Part shown: positions 1 through 11,859 of the stretch, piece by piece | Position numbering within the stretch: position 1 is the first letter of the stretch | Layout: every line of letters starts with the position of its first letter | Assembly (NCBI GenBank): GCA_951406725.2 | Contig: OX597843.1 | Span: 11,594,001 to 11,658,000, forward strand | DNA from: Octopus vulgaris | Lineage: Eukaryota | Length of the DNA stretch: 64,000 bases | Reading direction: 5' to 3' | Made by a program: the position numbers and the translations under genes | The notes under the pieces: generated by a model | Told to the model about the DNA's origin: nothing | The model's input: only the letters and a program-made list of their open reading frames with translations | Databases searched by the model: none

Positions 1-142
1 GCAAAAAATAGTAGTAATTCTGAAACTAGAGGAAAATAAAAAACATTTATCCCCTTCAAACTTTGTACCCTGCAAGGTTTCAACATCTTGCGTGAAGATT
101 TTTCTTGAATTTTTTGTTACCCTTATATTGATTGATTAATGA

Positions 143-203
<61 letters not shown>

Positions 204-266
204 TCCCGGGTTGAGTCGGGGTTAACCACAGTAAATAAGGTACTCAATACTTAGCAGAGTAAATTA

Positions 267-394
267 ATTTATTTTATAGAAGGAGCTTCTACAGGACTAG
301 AACTGTTTCATTCAAAAGAAATCATCAGGAAGCCCTGATGATTTCTTTTGAATGAAACAGTTCTAGTCCTGTAGAAGCTCCTTCTATAAAATAA

Positions 395-396
<2 letters not shown>
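267..396. repeat. Perfect inverted repeat, 63-bp arms and 4-nt loop, between (TA)n tracts
   Basis: 267-329 is the reverse complement of 334-396. Confidence 0.95.
283..335 (-). ncRNA. Type I hammerhead ribozyme motif in a Penelope-like repeat
   Basis: Minus strand GGGCUUC-CUGAUGA-UUUC/UUUU/GAAU-GAAA-CAG(UUCUAGUC)CUGU-A-GAAGCUC: intact core, 7-bp stem I, 4-bp stem III, GUA site; stem II is weak. Confidence 0.7.
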
Positions 397-425
<29 letters not shown>

Positions 426-526
426 GTTAATCCAAACATAAAAACACAAGGAGAAAACACAACAACGCGAGGACGTGGAACAAATATAGTATTATTGGAC
501 GCTCAGGAAGGAAGGGAAGAAGGAGG

Positions 527-561
527 GTTTAACGTTTCGAGCGGAGCTCTTCGTCGGAAAC
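527..561 (-). ncRNA. Minimal hammerhead-like motif with core variant CCGACGA, in a pLTR-like repeat at about 425-595
   Basis: GUUU-CCGACGA-A-GAGC/UCC/GCUC-GAAACGU-U-AAAC; inverted paralog of 2828-2862. Confidence 0.55.
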
Positions 562-594
562 ATAGGAGAAGGAAAGATCCAGAGAAGGGAAGAT

Positions 595-998
595 AGGCGT
601 AGGAGTGGCTGCGTGGTAAGAAGCTTGCTTCCCAACCACATGGTTCCGGGTTCAGTCCCACTGCGTGCGTGACACCTTGGGCAAATGTTCTGCTATAGCC
701 TCGGGCCGACCAAAACCTTGTGAGTGGATTTGGTAGACGGAAACTGAAAAGAAGCCCGTCGTATGTGTATATATATGTGTGTGTATGTGTGTGTGTGCAT
801 ATGTTTGTATGTCTGTGTTTGCCCCCACAACATCGCTTGACAAACGATGCTGGTGTGTTTACGTGACTTAGCGGTTCGGCAAAAGAGCCAATAGAATAAG
901 TACTAGGCTTTCAAAGAATAAGTCCCGGAGTCGATGTGCTCGACTAAAGGCGGTGCCCCAGCATGGCCACAGTCAAATGACTGAAACAAGTAAAAGAA
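595..998 (+). mobile_element. tRNA-derived CORE-type SINE with internal (TA/TG)n, the dominant family in the window
   Basis: Head AGGCGTAGGAGTGGCTGCGTGGTAAG...GGTTCAGTCCC with A/B-box-like motifs, then CACCTTGGGCAA. Other copies near 2425-2730+, 5660-6260-, 9218-9600-, 11580-11835-, 12745-13126-, 32875-33275-, 35220-35572+, 40200-40790-. Confidence 0.8.
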
Positions 999-1015
999 TA
1001 TATATATATTTATAT

Positions 1016-1312
1016 CACCGTGACCGACCAGGCTATCAGATGTTGCTACACATCGCTGGTCACAATGCGTTCGCATTGTTTTAGCCTTCGAACGACGCCA
1101 CCCCGCTGGCTAAGCGAGCAGGCCAACAGAAGAAAGAGTGGGAGAAAGAGTGGTGAATGAGTATAGCAGGGATCACCACCCCCTGCCGGAGCCTCGTGGA
1201 GCTTTTAGGTGTTTTCGCTCAATAAACACACACAACACCCGGTCTCTGGGAATCGAAACAGCGATCCTCCGACCGTGAGTCCGCTGCCCTAACCACTGGG
1301 CCATTGCGCCTC
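1016..1312 (-). mobile_element. Second tRNA-derived SINE family
   Basis: Minus-strand head GAGGCGCAATGGCCCAGTGGTTAGGGCAGCGGACTC...TTTCGATTCC. Copies at about 4400-4699, 6355-6737 (different 3' part) and 61965-62268. Confidence 0.78.
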
Positions 1313-1334
1313 GTATATATATATATATATATAA

Positions 1335-2165
1335 AATAATTTATTTTAATGCATGATAAATTATTTTATTACACACATGTGAGTGAGAACGCAGATATTT
1401 TTGGTATCTAACATATGTCAGATACTGCGAGCGCTGCTTCTGATTGGTCAATCCATGGTGATGACCCGAGGTCACGGTGACGTACTACTTTTGTCAGTCA
1501 TAAGTTACAACTAAACTTCATTCATTACTTTCGGACCGCTGTCACTTGCTTTGGTTCAGTGCACTCCATTTTCTCGGCTCCAATATATGGGGGAACAATC
1601 AATGTGAACTTCTTTGGTTCAGATGCAAAGCGACCTCGTCTCACAGATAATGAGGACTGTTAAGTTTTACTGGACTGCATGGACTGTTGTGCTCTACTCT
1701 GACTGACATTGCTACTCGAAAACAGGTTTGAGTATTATTAAAGTTATTGAAGATTCAATCTGTGTTATGTATTTCTTGAACGTGAACTTGAATGTTAACA
1801 AAATGATAAACAGTCATCAGTTATCAGTCATTTCACCTGAAAACTTAGCGCTATAAAGTCGGACTATCTTCCTGCGGCATGACACCTTTTACAGTTACAC
1901 ATTGTGACGTCACTGATGTGAAATCAAGCTGTATTCATGCGCGCTTCAACACGATGTGAAGAATTTAGTTATTGAGTTAATAAAATATGGTCGTTTATTC
2001 GGGTGTAATAAATAAAATACCAAACTCATTCCCTATGGATACCGTATTTATTACAACTCGTGGCTTGTAAACGTATCTAACTCGCTTTCGCTCGTTAGAT
2101 ACGTTTACAAGCCACTCGTTGTAATAAATACGGTATCCATAGGAAACTCGTTTGGTATTCTCTAT
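1335..2165. mobile_element. Unclassified non-autonomous element with short internal inverted repeats and a 144-bp terminal hairpin
   Basis: TTATTACAC (1366) / GTGTAATAA (2003) inverted pair; CTGATTGG near the left end; hairpin at 2016-2159. Boundaries uncertain. Confidence 0.45.
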
Positions 2166-2368
2166 TTACAAGTCTGCTCTTGTGTGTATAATGAAGATTT
2201 CAGAGTACAAACCAATGCAGATATAGAAGTGTAGCTCATCAGATCCACAGAATAACATGGTAACATCAATTTGTCACTTCTACGTTTTTACTTACTATGT
2301 GGTATGTAGCGGGATCCAATAAAAGGGCTTTTTTGTGATTACCACTTGATTGTATAAATCCTTACATC

Positions 2369-2408
<40 letters not shown>

Positions 2409-2827
2409 TACTTATTAAATATGCGTGAGTAAGGAGTTTGCTTCCCAGCCACCTGGTTCCAGGTTCAGTCCCTACTATAGCCTCGGGCTGACCAACGCAT
2501 CGTGAGTGGATATTGTAGACGGAAACTGAAAAGAAGCCCGTCGTATATATGTATGTATGTGTGTGCATATGTTTGTATGTCTGTGTTTGCCTCCATAACA
2601 TCGCTTGACAACATCGCTTGGTGTGTTTACGTCCCCGTCACTTAGCGGTTCGGCAAAAGAGTCCGATAGAATAAGTACTAGTCTTACAAAGATGTGCTCG
2701 ACTAAAGAGTATATATATATATCAAGTAAAAGAGTATATATATATATCACCGTGATATGTGTCCGCGTGTGTACCGTTGCCGATTTTTTCCTCCGTCTTT
2801 CCTTCCTTGGATCTTTCCTTTTCCTAT

Positions 2828-2862
2828 GTTTCTGACGATGAGCACCGCTCGAAACGTTAAAT
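2828..2862 (+). ncRNA. Minimal (dimer-type) hammerhead ribozyme motif in a pLTR-like repeat at about 2757-2956
   Basis: GUUU-CUGACGA-U-GAGC/ACC/GCUC-GAAACGU-U-AAAU; palindromic ACGU stem III; the repeat abuts (TA)n. Confidence 0.65.
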
Positions 2863-2954
2863 CCTCCTCCTTTCTTGAGCGTCTAATAACACTATACTTG
2901 TTCCACGTCCTCGCGTTGTTGTGTTTTCTCTTGGTGTTTTCATGTTTGAATTAG

Positions 2955-2999
<45 letters not shown>

Positions 3000-3002
<3 letters not shown>

Positions 3003-3890
3003 GAGGTAATATCAAAAGGTCCCTAGACTGGTTATGTTTAATAAATAAAAAATAACTTATTCACTTAAGTTTTAGCATCATCTCCTTCGAAATAGTGCAG
3101 TTATATAGCGTTCACAGCGTTCCCGCTACTTTTGGAATCCGGCCTGGAAGTTGTTTTCCGTAAGCGAGTAGGGGACCTTCTGCGATTCGCTCTGGATCTC
3201 GACAACCTGTTAAAACGACGCACCTTTGAGCTGCATTTCCATCTTGGGAAAGAGATAGAAGTCTGCAGGTGACAGATCTGATTTGCGTCCCCAAAGTCCA
3301 TCCTCTCTTCACCGTGGTGGGGACGCCGGCAACGGGTAGTATCAGAGCTATGCCGTCGGGAACTTCGGTTCCTGGTAGGGCCACCCAAGGCGGATTGGTC
3401 TGACACCGAGTGGTATTAGGGCCACAACTCGGCAGACGGGGCTCTGGTGAAAATCCTCGGAGAGTCTGTTTCGGCAACAGGCGGCTCCTCGGTCGTTCTG
3501 TCCCTGCGTCTGCGGACAATCTGCGGCAAACAGGATGTCTCCACAACTTTCTCTCACTCTTACTTCCTGTTTCTGTTGTACCTGTATTTCAGAGGGTCGA
3601 TCTTGTCACTCTCTGTGTCACGCTGAATATCCCCGAGAACTGCGTTAAGGGTGCACGTTTCTGTGGAGTGCTCAGCCACTTACACGTTAATTTCACGAGC
3701 AGGCTGTTCCGTTGATTCGGATCAACCGGAACCCTCGTCGTCGTAACCGACGGAGTGCTTCCTGATCCTGTTGAAGTGATATCATATTGTTTTTCATGAG
3801 AGACTCACGAGTGAGGAGAAACCGGTGACAAGGTGCAGTGTCGTCGTAAAGAATCCATTTCTGCGAGCTCAAAAATAAAAAGCAGGTCAC
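3000..3890 (-). mobile_element. Degenerate mariner transposase remnant, interrupted by an insertion at about 3290-3760
   Basis: Minus strand encodes WILYDDTAPCH (cf. WxLHHDNAPxH) at about 3830-3860 and DLSPADFYLFPKM..QLKG (cf. SPDLxPxDF) at about 3220-3280. Confidence 0.75.
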
Positions 3891-5293
3891 ACTATTGACC
3901 CACAGACCTTCAATATACTGAGTCGTGTTTAACAGATGCTAAACAAAATATGGTGTCTTCACGAGCAATATACTTATATTCTTTTATTCTTGTGGCCATG
4001 CTGGTGCACTGCCTTTAGTCCAACAAATCAGCCCCAGGAATGATTCTTTGCAAGCCTGGTACTTATTCTGTCGGTTTCTTTTGCTGAACCGCTAAGTTTC
4101 GAGGCTCGTAAGTACACCAATATCGGTAATCAAGCGAAGGTGAGGGGAGACAAACACAGACACACAAATATAGTTCATAGAGGGGACAAACAAGGACAGA
4201 CAAAGGTCTTAAGTCGATTACCTCGACCCCAGTGCGCAACTGGTACTTAATTTATCGACCCCGAATGGATGAAAGGCAAAGTCGGCCTCAGCGGAATTTG
4301 AACTCAGAACGTAGCGGCAGACGAAATACGATTAAGCATTTCGCCCGGCGTGCTAACGCTTCTGCCAGCGCGCCGCCACAGACACACAAATATATCATGT
4401 GATCACGTGACCGACCAGACCATCAGATATTGCTACACATCGCTGGTCACAATGCGTTCACATTGTTTTAGCCTTCGAACGACGCCATCCCGCTGGCTAA
4501 GCGAGCAGGCCAACAGAAGAAAGTGGGAGAAAGAGTGGTGAAAGAGTACAGCAGGGATCACCACCATCCCCTGCCGGAGCCTCGTGGAGATTTTAGGTGT
4601 TTTCGCTCAATAAACACTCACAACGCCCGGTCTGGTAATCGAAACCGCGATCCTCCGACCGCGAGTCCGCTACATTAACCACTGGGCCATTGCGCCTCCA
4701 CACATAAATATATACACATATACATATACGACGCGATTCTTTAAGTTTCCGTCTTCCAAATCCACTCACAAGGCATTGGTCGGCCCGGGGCCACAGAAGA
4801 CATTTGCCCAAAGTGCCACGCAGTTGGACTGAACCCGGAACCATGTGGTTTGGGAAGCAAGCTTCTTACCACAGTCACACCTGCGCCCATATAATTAATA
4901 TGAAAACCCAGTTTGCAATGTTTCAGCAAAAAAGGAGAATTATAATAATCGTCATTGAATATGACTAGGGTGTTAGGATACACCTACAATGCTAGAAATA
5001 AGAGCTAAACAGAAGGCACATGAACGAAAACGTAGACACTAACAGGAACCATACATATATCGTTGCTATTATATAAAAGTGTCGTAAGTCCCCTAGCTTG
5101 ACATATGAAGGAACTGGAGATACGATAGTTTGACCAAAAGAACCGGATATTGCAAGCAAAATTAAATATTGGAAAAAAAATTAAACGCATCTGGCCAAAT
5201 TTGGACATACGACAGTTTGACAAAATAGCAAGGGTAATATATCCTAAGAGTGTCTTTTCGGCAACAGGCGGCTCCTATCCTGGAACACTGAAT

Positions 5294-5478
5294 GGTGGTG
5301 GTGGTGGTGGTGGTGGAGGCAGTAAGAAGAAGAAGAAGAAGAAAGAAGAAGAAGAAGAAGAAGAAGAAGAAGAATGAGAAGAAGAAGAAGAATGATGAGA
5401 AGAAGAAAAGAAGAATGAGAAGGAGAATGAGGAGAAGAATGAGAATGAGGAGGAGGAGGAGAGGAGAAGAAGAAGAAA
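5294..5478. repeat. (GGT)n(GAA)n compound microsatellite
   Basis: Direct reading. Confidence 0.95.
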
Positions 5479-7114
5479 CTAACGTCCAATTCTCCCCATC
5501 ATACAATAGCTACCCGCTATTACTTTGTGGAAAACAAGGGAGAGAACACCTAGTAGTTTATAACTACGGGAGATAACTCTTCTTACGGGGGATAACTCTT
5601 CCACTGTTTTTATTTCGTTGTGTCTAGGGAGTCATGCTAATTAATGGTACGCACATACTCTCTCTTACTTGTTTCAGTCATTTGACTGCGGCCTTTAGTC
5701 GAGCAAATCAACCCCGGGACTTATTCTTTTGTAAGCCCAGTACTTATTCTATCGGTCTCTTTTGCCGAACCGCTAAGTAACGGGGACATAAACACACCAG
5801 TATCGGTTGTCAAGCAATGCTAGGGGGACAAACACAGACACACAAACATACACGCACACACATATATATACATATATACGACAGGCTTCTTTCAGTTTCC
5901 GTCTACCAAATCCACTCACATGGCATTGGTCAGTCCAAGGCTATAGCAGAAGACACTTGCCCAAGGTGCCACACAGTGGGACTGAACCCGGAAACATGTG
6001 GTTGGTAAACAAAACACACCAGCATCGGTTGTCAAGCAATGCTAGGGGGACAAACACAGACACACATACATACATATATATATATATACATATATACGAT
6101 CGGCTTCTTTCAGTTTCCATCAACCAAATCCACTCACAAGGCTTTGGTCGGCCCGAGGCTATAGCAGAAGACACTTGCCCAAGGTGCCACGCAGTGGGAC
6201 TGAACCCAGAACCATGTGGTTAGTAAGCAAGCTACTTACCACACAGCCACTCCTGCGCCTATGATACGCACTTTTTCAATTCCACTCCTTTGTTATTCTT
6301 TTATATGTTTCAGTCCAAAGACTGGTGCCATGCTGAAGTCAATTGGTTAAACGGATGGAAGCACTCCGTCGGTTACAACGACGAGGGTTCCAGTTGATCC
6401 GATCAACGGAACAGCCTGCTCGTGAAATTAACGTGTAAGTGGCTGAGCACTCCACAGACACGTGTACCCTTAACGTAATTCTCGGGGATATTCAGCGTTA
6501 CACAGAGAGTGACATGGCTGGCTCTTTGATATACAGGTACAACAGAAACAGGAAGTAAGAGTGAGAGAAAGTTGTGGTGAAAGAGTACAGCAGGGATCAC
6601 CACCATCCCCTGCCGGAGCCTCGTGGAGCTTTAGGTGTTTTCGCTCAATAAACACTCACAACGCCCGGTCTGGGAATCGAAACCGCGATCCTCCGACCAC
6701 GAGTCCGCTGCCCTCACCACTGGGCCATTGCGCTTCCACAATTGGTTAAATATCCAACTGATTAATCAAACGTTCTTTTTGATTGGTGCTTAAGACACTG
6801 TAACTTCCTATAGTTTTGCCAGAGGTTGACCTTCGTCGGACAACAACTACAGCCATAACAATCCATCCATGACCACCCTGTTTTGTACACCAGCAGTGTA
6901 TTTAAACAACCATCATCGAAAGTGGTGGCTATAGCTGTAGTTTAGCTCCAGTTCTATTCAGATTAGCATTTTACCAAAAAGTGTTCCAGCAGTGACCATC
7001 ATGAGTCTTTGTTTCATAAGTTTTGCCCAGAAACACATCACGCTCTGTGACCTTTTCACACGTTAGCTTTTGATTTGAAGAATACTTGGCTGCTATTTTT
7101 AACAAATCTAATTC

Positions 7115-7425
7115 GATGACTGGCATCCGTGCTAGTGGAGCGCTAAGAGTACCATACGAGTGAGATCCTGTGCAGGTGGCACATAAAAAAAGCACCATTT
7201 GAGCGTGGCCGTAGCCAGTACCGCCTGACTAGCCCTCGTGCCGGTGGCACGTAAAAGCACCCACTACACTCTCGGAGTGGTTGGCGTTAGGAAGTACATC
7301 CAGCTGTAGAAACTCTGCCAGATCATGATTGGAGTCTGGTGCAGCCATCTGGTTCGCCAGACCTCAATCAAATCGTCCAACCCATGCCAGCATGAAAAGC
7401 GGACGTTAAACTATGATGATGATCA
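7115..7425 (+). mobile_element. SINE or LINE-tail family ending GGACGTTAAAC(GAT)n
   Basis: Conserved GTGGCACGTAAAAGCACCCACTACACTC...TTAGGAAGGGCATCCAGCTGTAGAAAC. Copies near 21055-21255+, 28545-28835+, 31320-31700-, 49085-49370-, 51710-52150-, 52235-52680-, 55515-55975+. Confidence 0.75.
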
Positions 7426-7650
7426 TCATGAAGTCTCACAGGTAATAGGAGTATAACTTAGGAAATATTTACCTACTATTTTCATCAAGTCTCGTTACTG
7501 TTTAGAGATTAATGTGATTTGAGGGATATTTGATTGCGATTTTTAACAGGTCTAGCTGCTATGTAAAGGTCTCTCAGACAGAGAATGATGAACGAAATTT
7601 GGCTGTTATTTACATCAAGTCTTCCTTGACAATATAACAGCAGACAAAAT

Positions 7651-8070
7651 ACTTATTTCTTTACTGCCCACAAGGGGCTAAACACAGAGAGGACGAACAA
7701 GGACAGACAAACGGATTAAGTCGATCATATCGACCCCAGTGCGTAACTGGTACTTAATTTATCGACCCCGAAAGGATGAAAGGCAAAGTCGACCTCGGCG
7801 GAATTTGAACTCAGAACGTAACGGCAGACGAAATACCTATTTCTTTACTACCCACAAGGGGCTAAACACAGAGAGGACAAACAAGGGCAGACAAACGGAT
7901 TAAGTCGATCACATCGACCACAGTGCGTAACTGGTACTTATTTAATCGACCCCAAAAGGATGAAAGGCAAAGTCGACCTCGGCGGAATTTGAACTCAGAA
8001 CGTAACAGCAGACGAAATACCGTGAAGCATTTCGCCCGGCGTGCTAACGTTTCTGCCAGCTCGCCGCCTT
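7651..8070 (-). mobile_element. Meta-domain tRNA-SINE dimer (one head, two bodies)
   Basis: Minus strand AAGGCGGCGAGCTGGCAGAAACGTTAGC...GAGTTCAAATTCC, then GTCGACTTTGCCTTTCATCCTTTCGGGGTCGAT. Monomers near 4180-4378, 29128-29354, 57092-57268. Confidence 0.78.
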
Positions 8071-8139
8071 GAACTCAGAATACTTCTAAGTATTTTGCTC
8101 AGCATGCTAATGATTCTGCCAGCTAATAATAATAATTAT

Positions 8140-8562
8140 ACCGCCAACTTTGCCCAAACGACCTAAACATTAGCTTCAAGGTTCATCCAAGACTGGGACC
8201 ACGGGCCATACGTCCCCTGCCCAATTCAAGATCACAGCATACATGTACACTGCAACATAATTTCTTTTCCTCAACAGGCCCTGCCCTATTTAACATTGTC
8301 CCGAAAGAGATCAAAGAGGAAAAGGATCCCATCAACTTTAAATGGAGTCTGGATAGATTCCTTCAAGGATACCAGATAAACCACCCATAATTGGATACAA
8401 CTCACCCAACAAAAACTCACTACTTGAATGGACCATAAACAAAACTTGACTCAAACAGGATTCAGATAATCCTATCAGGTGGTGCTATTAAGTTAGACAT
8501 GGCCTGGACCAATCTTTGGTCGAAATATATCTAAGTTTTTATCTAAGTTTTATAATAATAAT
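8140..8562 (+). mobile_element. 3' fragment of a non-LTR retrotransposon (CR1-group-like)
   Basis: Encodes HPRLGPR...NFFSSTGPALFNIVPKEIK...FKWSLDRFLQ; ends in (TAA)n. Confidence 0.65.
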
Positions 8563-8772
8563 AAAGCAACAACAAAAAAATTGTAAGCCCTGAGCAGTTC
8601 TCTCCCCTTAAAGGGAAACCTAACCTTCCCTTCTATTTCTTAGCAAATCCTAACCTGTAGAAACCAGGACAAAAATGACTAAGGAACCTGATGTGGACCC
8701 TGGCGTTGCCAGTTCTTTTCAAGCTGGCCAACCCATGCCAGTATGGAAAATAGACATTAAATGATAATGAAG

Positions 8773-8803
<31 letters not shown>

Positions 8804-8807
8804 TACA

Positions 8808-9196
8808 CTAGCAGTAACGCCCGGCGTTGCTCGGGTTTGTAAGGGAAATAACTATATAAGCATTTTTAGAGATGTAAAGTATAATAGCCATCTCAATATG
8901 GCTAACCACAAAGGTGGGGTGTTACTGTAGCTTTTTACGTTCTGAGATTTAATAATACATTTTTAGAGAGTTACTTCCCTTATATATGCCAAAAATGCAT
9001 TAAAAAAATGGGAAAAATTTAAGCTAAATTTTTTTTTTTAATTGTAGATTCATCGTAGACGTGCGCTAATACCCAGAAGGGCTCGATATGAATCACGACT
9101 ATAAGATACCCGCTTTTGGTTAAACTGCACCACAGTAGTTAGGAATCTAAATCGTAGGAGACAGACAGCACACAACCTCTCTTTTATATATAAAGA
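8808..9196 (-). mobile_element. Non-autonomous Helitron
   Basis: 5' TC, 3' hairpin CCCGAGCAACGCCGGG then CTAG, inserted between A and T. Copies at 39745-40141 and 43926-44320 (minus). Confidence 0.8.
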
Positions 9197-9402
9197 TATA
9201 TACATGATGATATATATAGTCATTTGACTGCGGCCATGCTGGAGCATCACCTTTAATCAAGCAACTCGACCCCGGGACTTATTCTTTGTAAGCCTAGTAC
9301 TTATTCTATCGGTCTCTTTTGCCGAACCACTAGGTTACGGGGACATAAGCACACCAGCATCGGTTGTCAAGCAATGCTAGGGGGACAAACACAGACACAC
9401 AA

Positions 9403-9433
<31 letters not shown>

Positions 9434-9598
9434 CATATATACGACGGGCTTTTTTCAGTTTCCGTCTCCCAAATCCACTCACAAGGCTTTGGTCGGCCTG
9501 AGGCTATAGTAGAAGACACTTGCCCAAGGTGCCACACAGTGGGACTGAACCCGGAACCATGTGGTTGGTAAACAAGCTACTTACCACACAGCTACTCC

Positions 9599-9631
<33 letters not shown>

Positions 9632-9831
9632 ATACAATGTTGATAGTGCCATATAAACAACTCCCAGTATATCCTGTAAAGTGGTTGGTGTTAGAAAGTG
9701 TATGAAGCTGTAGATATCAAACCGAAATAGACGATTGAACCTGATGTGGCCCCTGGTCTTGCCAGTTCTTGTCCCGTTGCCCAACTCGTCCCAGCATGGA
9801 AAACAAACATTATATATCGATGATGATGATG

Positions 9832-10740
9832 ATCTCTAAAATTGTCAAGAAGGCCGAGGGTGTCTTGGCATCACTCAGCAAGACTTTTGTTAGCCACTCT
9901 CCAGCCATCTATTTAAAACTGTCTACAGCTATGGTACGACCACACTTGGAATTCGCATCATCAGTTTGGAACCCCTATCTTGCTCAGAACATTGACCTCC
10001 TGGAATCTGTCCAGAGACGTGCAACCAAACGCATACCCTCCATCAGACACCTACCATATTCTGAGCGCCTTGTTTCCCTGGGCATGGATTCACTGAAGCT
10101 CCGGCGTCTGGCGATGGACTAGGTAAACACCCACAAAGTTATCAACCACCTCACCAACAACAACACTGAACACCTTTTTGATCTCCATGTGTCTATCACA
10201 CGTGGACATGCCTACAAAGTCAGAAAACAACACAGCTCCCATGACTTACGGAAACATTTTTTCATGCTCAGAGTTGCCAACCACTTTACAGAGTGTACTG
10301 AATGCTTTTATCAACCAAACGCATACCCTCCATCAGACACCTACCATATTCTGAGCGCCTTGTTTCCCTGGGCATGGATTCACTGAAGCTCCGGCGTCTG
10401 GCGATGGACTAGGTAAACACCCACAAAGTTATCAACCACCTCACCAACAACAACACTGAACACCTTTTTGATCTCCATGTGTCTAACACACGTGGACATG
10501 CCTACAAAGTCAGAAAACAACAGAGCTCCCATGACTTTCGGAAACATTTCTTCACGCTCAGAGTTGCTGAAGCGTGGAACAAACTGCCTGCGTCAGTTGT
10601 TGACTGCCATGGCACTGCATCCTTTAAGGCCCTCATGCTTTCCGAAATCCGCCGAAACTACACCTGATTATACATACACCTTAGATGAGTCGTAGTGCAC
10701 CTGAGCACTGTACACAATTATTATTATTATTATTATTATT
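9832..10740 (+). mobile_element. CR1-clade LINE 3' fragment with internal duplication and (TTA)n tail
   Basis: VRPHLEFASSVWNPY...LESVQRRATK...LPYSERL...FFTLRVAEAWNKLP; about 10022-10130 recurs from 10313. Confidence 0.85.
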
Positions 10741-11859
10741 TATGATGATGACAACAAAACCAAAAAATTGCACAGTTAGATATAATCAACCATATCCCAG
10801 GAAACCATACCTGAGGATGGATGGTCACAATCCAATGGCTAAAAACAGCAAAAGAACAAAAAATACTTTTTTTTTCTTTTTTTACAATAATCAATTATCT
10901 TTATTCAATGCTTGCTTTTTTTTTGTATTCTTTTGTATTTCTTGTTTTTTTTATCAGTTTTTTATCACACACACACACACACAGGTAAATCCAGGTGTGT
11001 GTGTGTGTGTGTGTTTGTGTGCATGCATGTGTATTGTTGTTGTTGTGGTTTTTGTGTTTTAAATAAAATTCAGCAGAGAAAAAGTATTCAGTTTGTTTTT
11101 TGTACAGGAATGTATAGAGTAAATTGTCAGCGGATATGTTGTGGCTATTATTTAACCCCAGGTGATCCCAGGGGGGGAGCAGGTGGACCCATGATCAAAG
11201 TCATTCCAGCCATAAGTAAACCAGCTTTTTTTGTTTTTGTGTTTTTTTCAGTCATTGTCTATCCTGGACTACATGGTCCAATGTAGCCATTATTTTTTTT
11301 TTGTTTGTTTTATTTCATTTTATTTACATTTTAATTTTTACTAATATTGTCAGGTGGGATTTGAAGGAGAATTAGCTGTTGTTTCTGGAAGAACAAGCAA
11401 TCATGGAGGCTGCTGGTGCTATCATTTTTGATGAGTTAATCCAGGCAGGTTGCCTTGTCGATGCCGCAACCAAAGGCATCCCAGTGACATCTTTGGTGTT
11501 CCCAGTTCAAATCTCAGTGGGACACGTCTACCTCGCAGTCCATCAATTAAATGTGTCATAAACAAAAGGAGTGGATCTTTGTAAGCCCAGTACTTATTCT
11601 ATCGGTCTCTTTTGCCGAACCGCTAAGTGACGGGGACATAAACACACCAGCATCGGTTGTCAAGCAATGCTAGGAGGACAAACACAGACACACACACATA
11701 TATACGACAGGCTTCTTTCAATTTCCGTCTACCAAATCCACTCACAAGGCATTGGTCGGCCCGGGGCTATAGCAGAAGACACTTGCCCAAGATGCCACAC
11801 AGTGGGACTGAACCCGGAACCATGTGGTTGGTTAGCAATGTAGTTCGTTCGCTAATTAT

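Noticed and set aside
5005-5576. Lys/Glu/Arg-rich ORFs
   Set aside because: Produced by a (GGT)n(GAA)n microsatellite; no splice-compatible partner exons were found.
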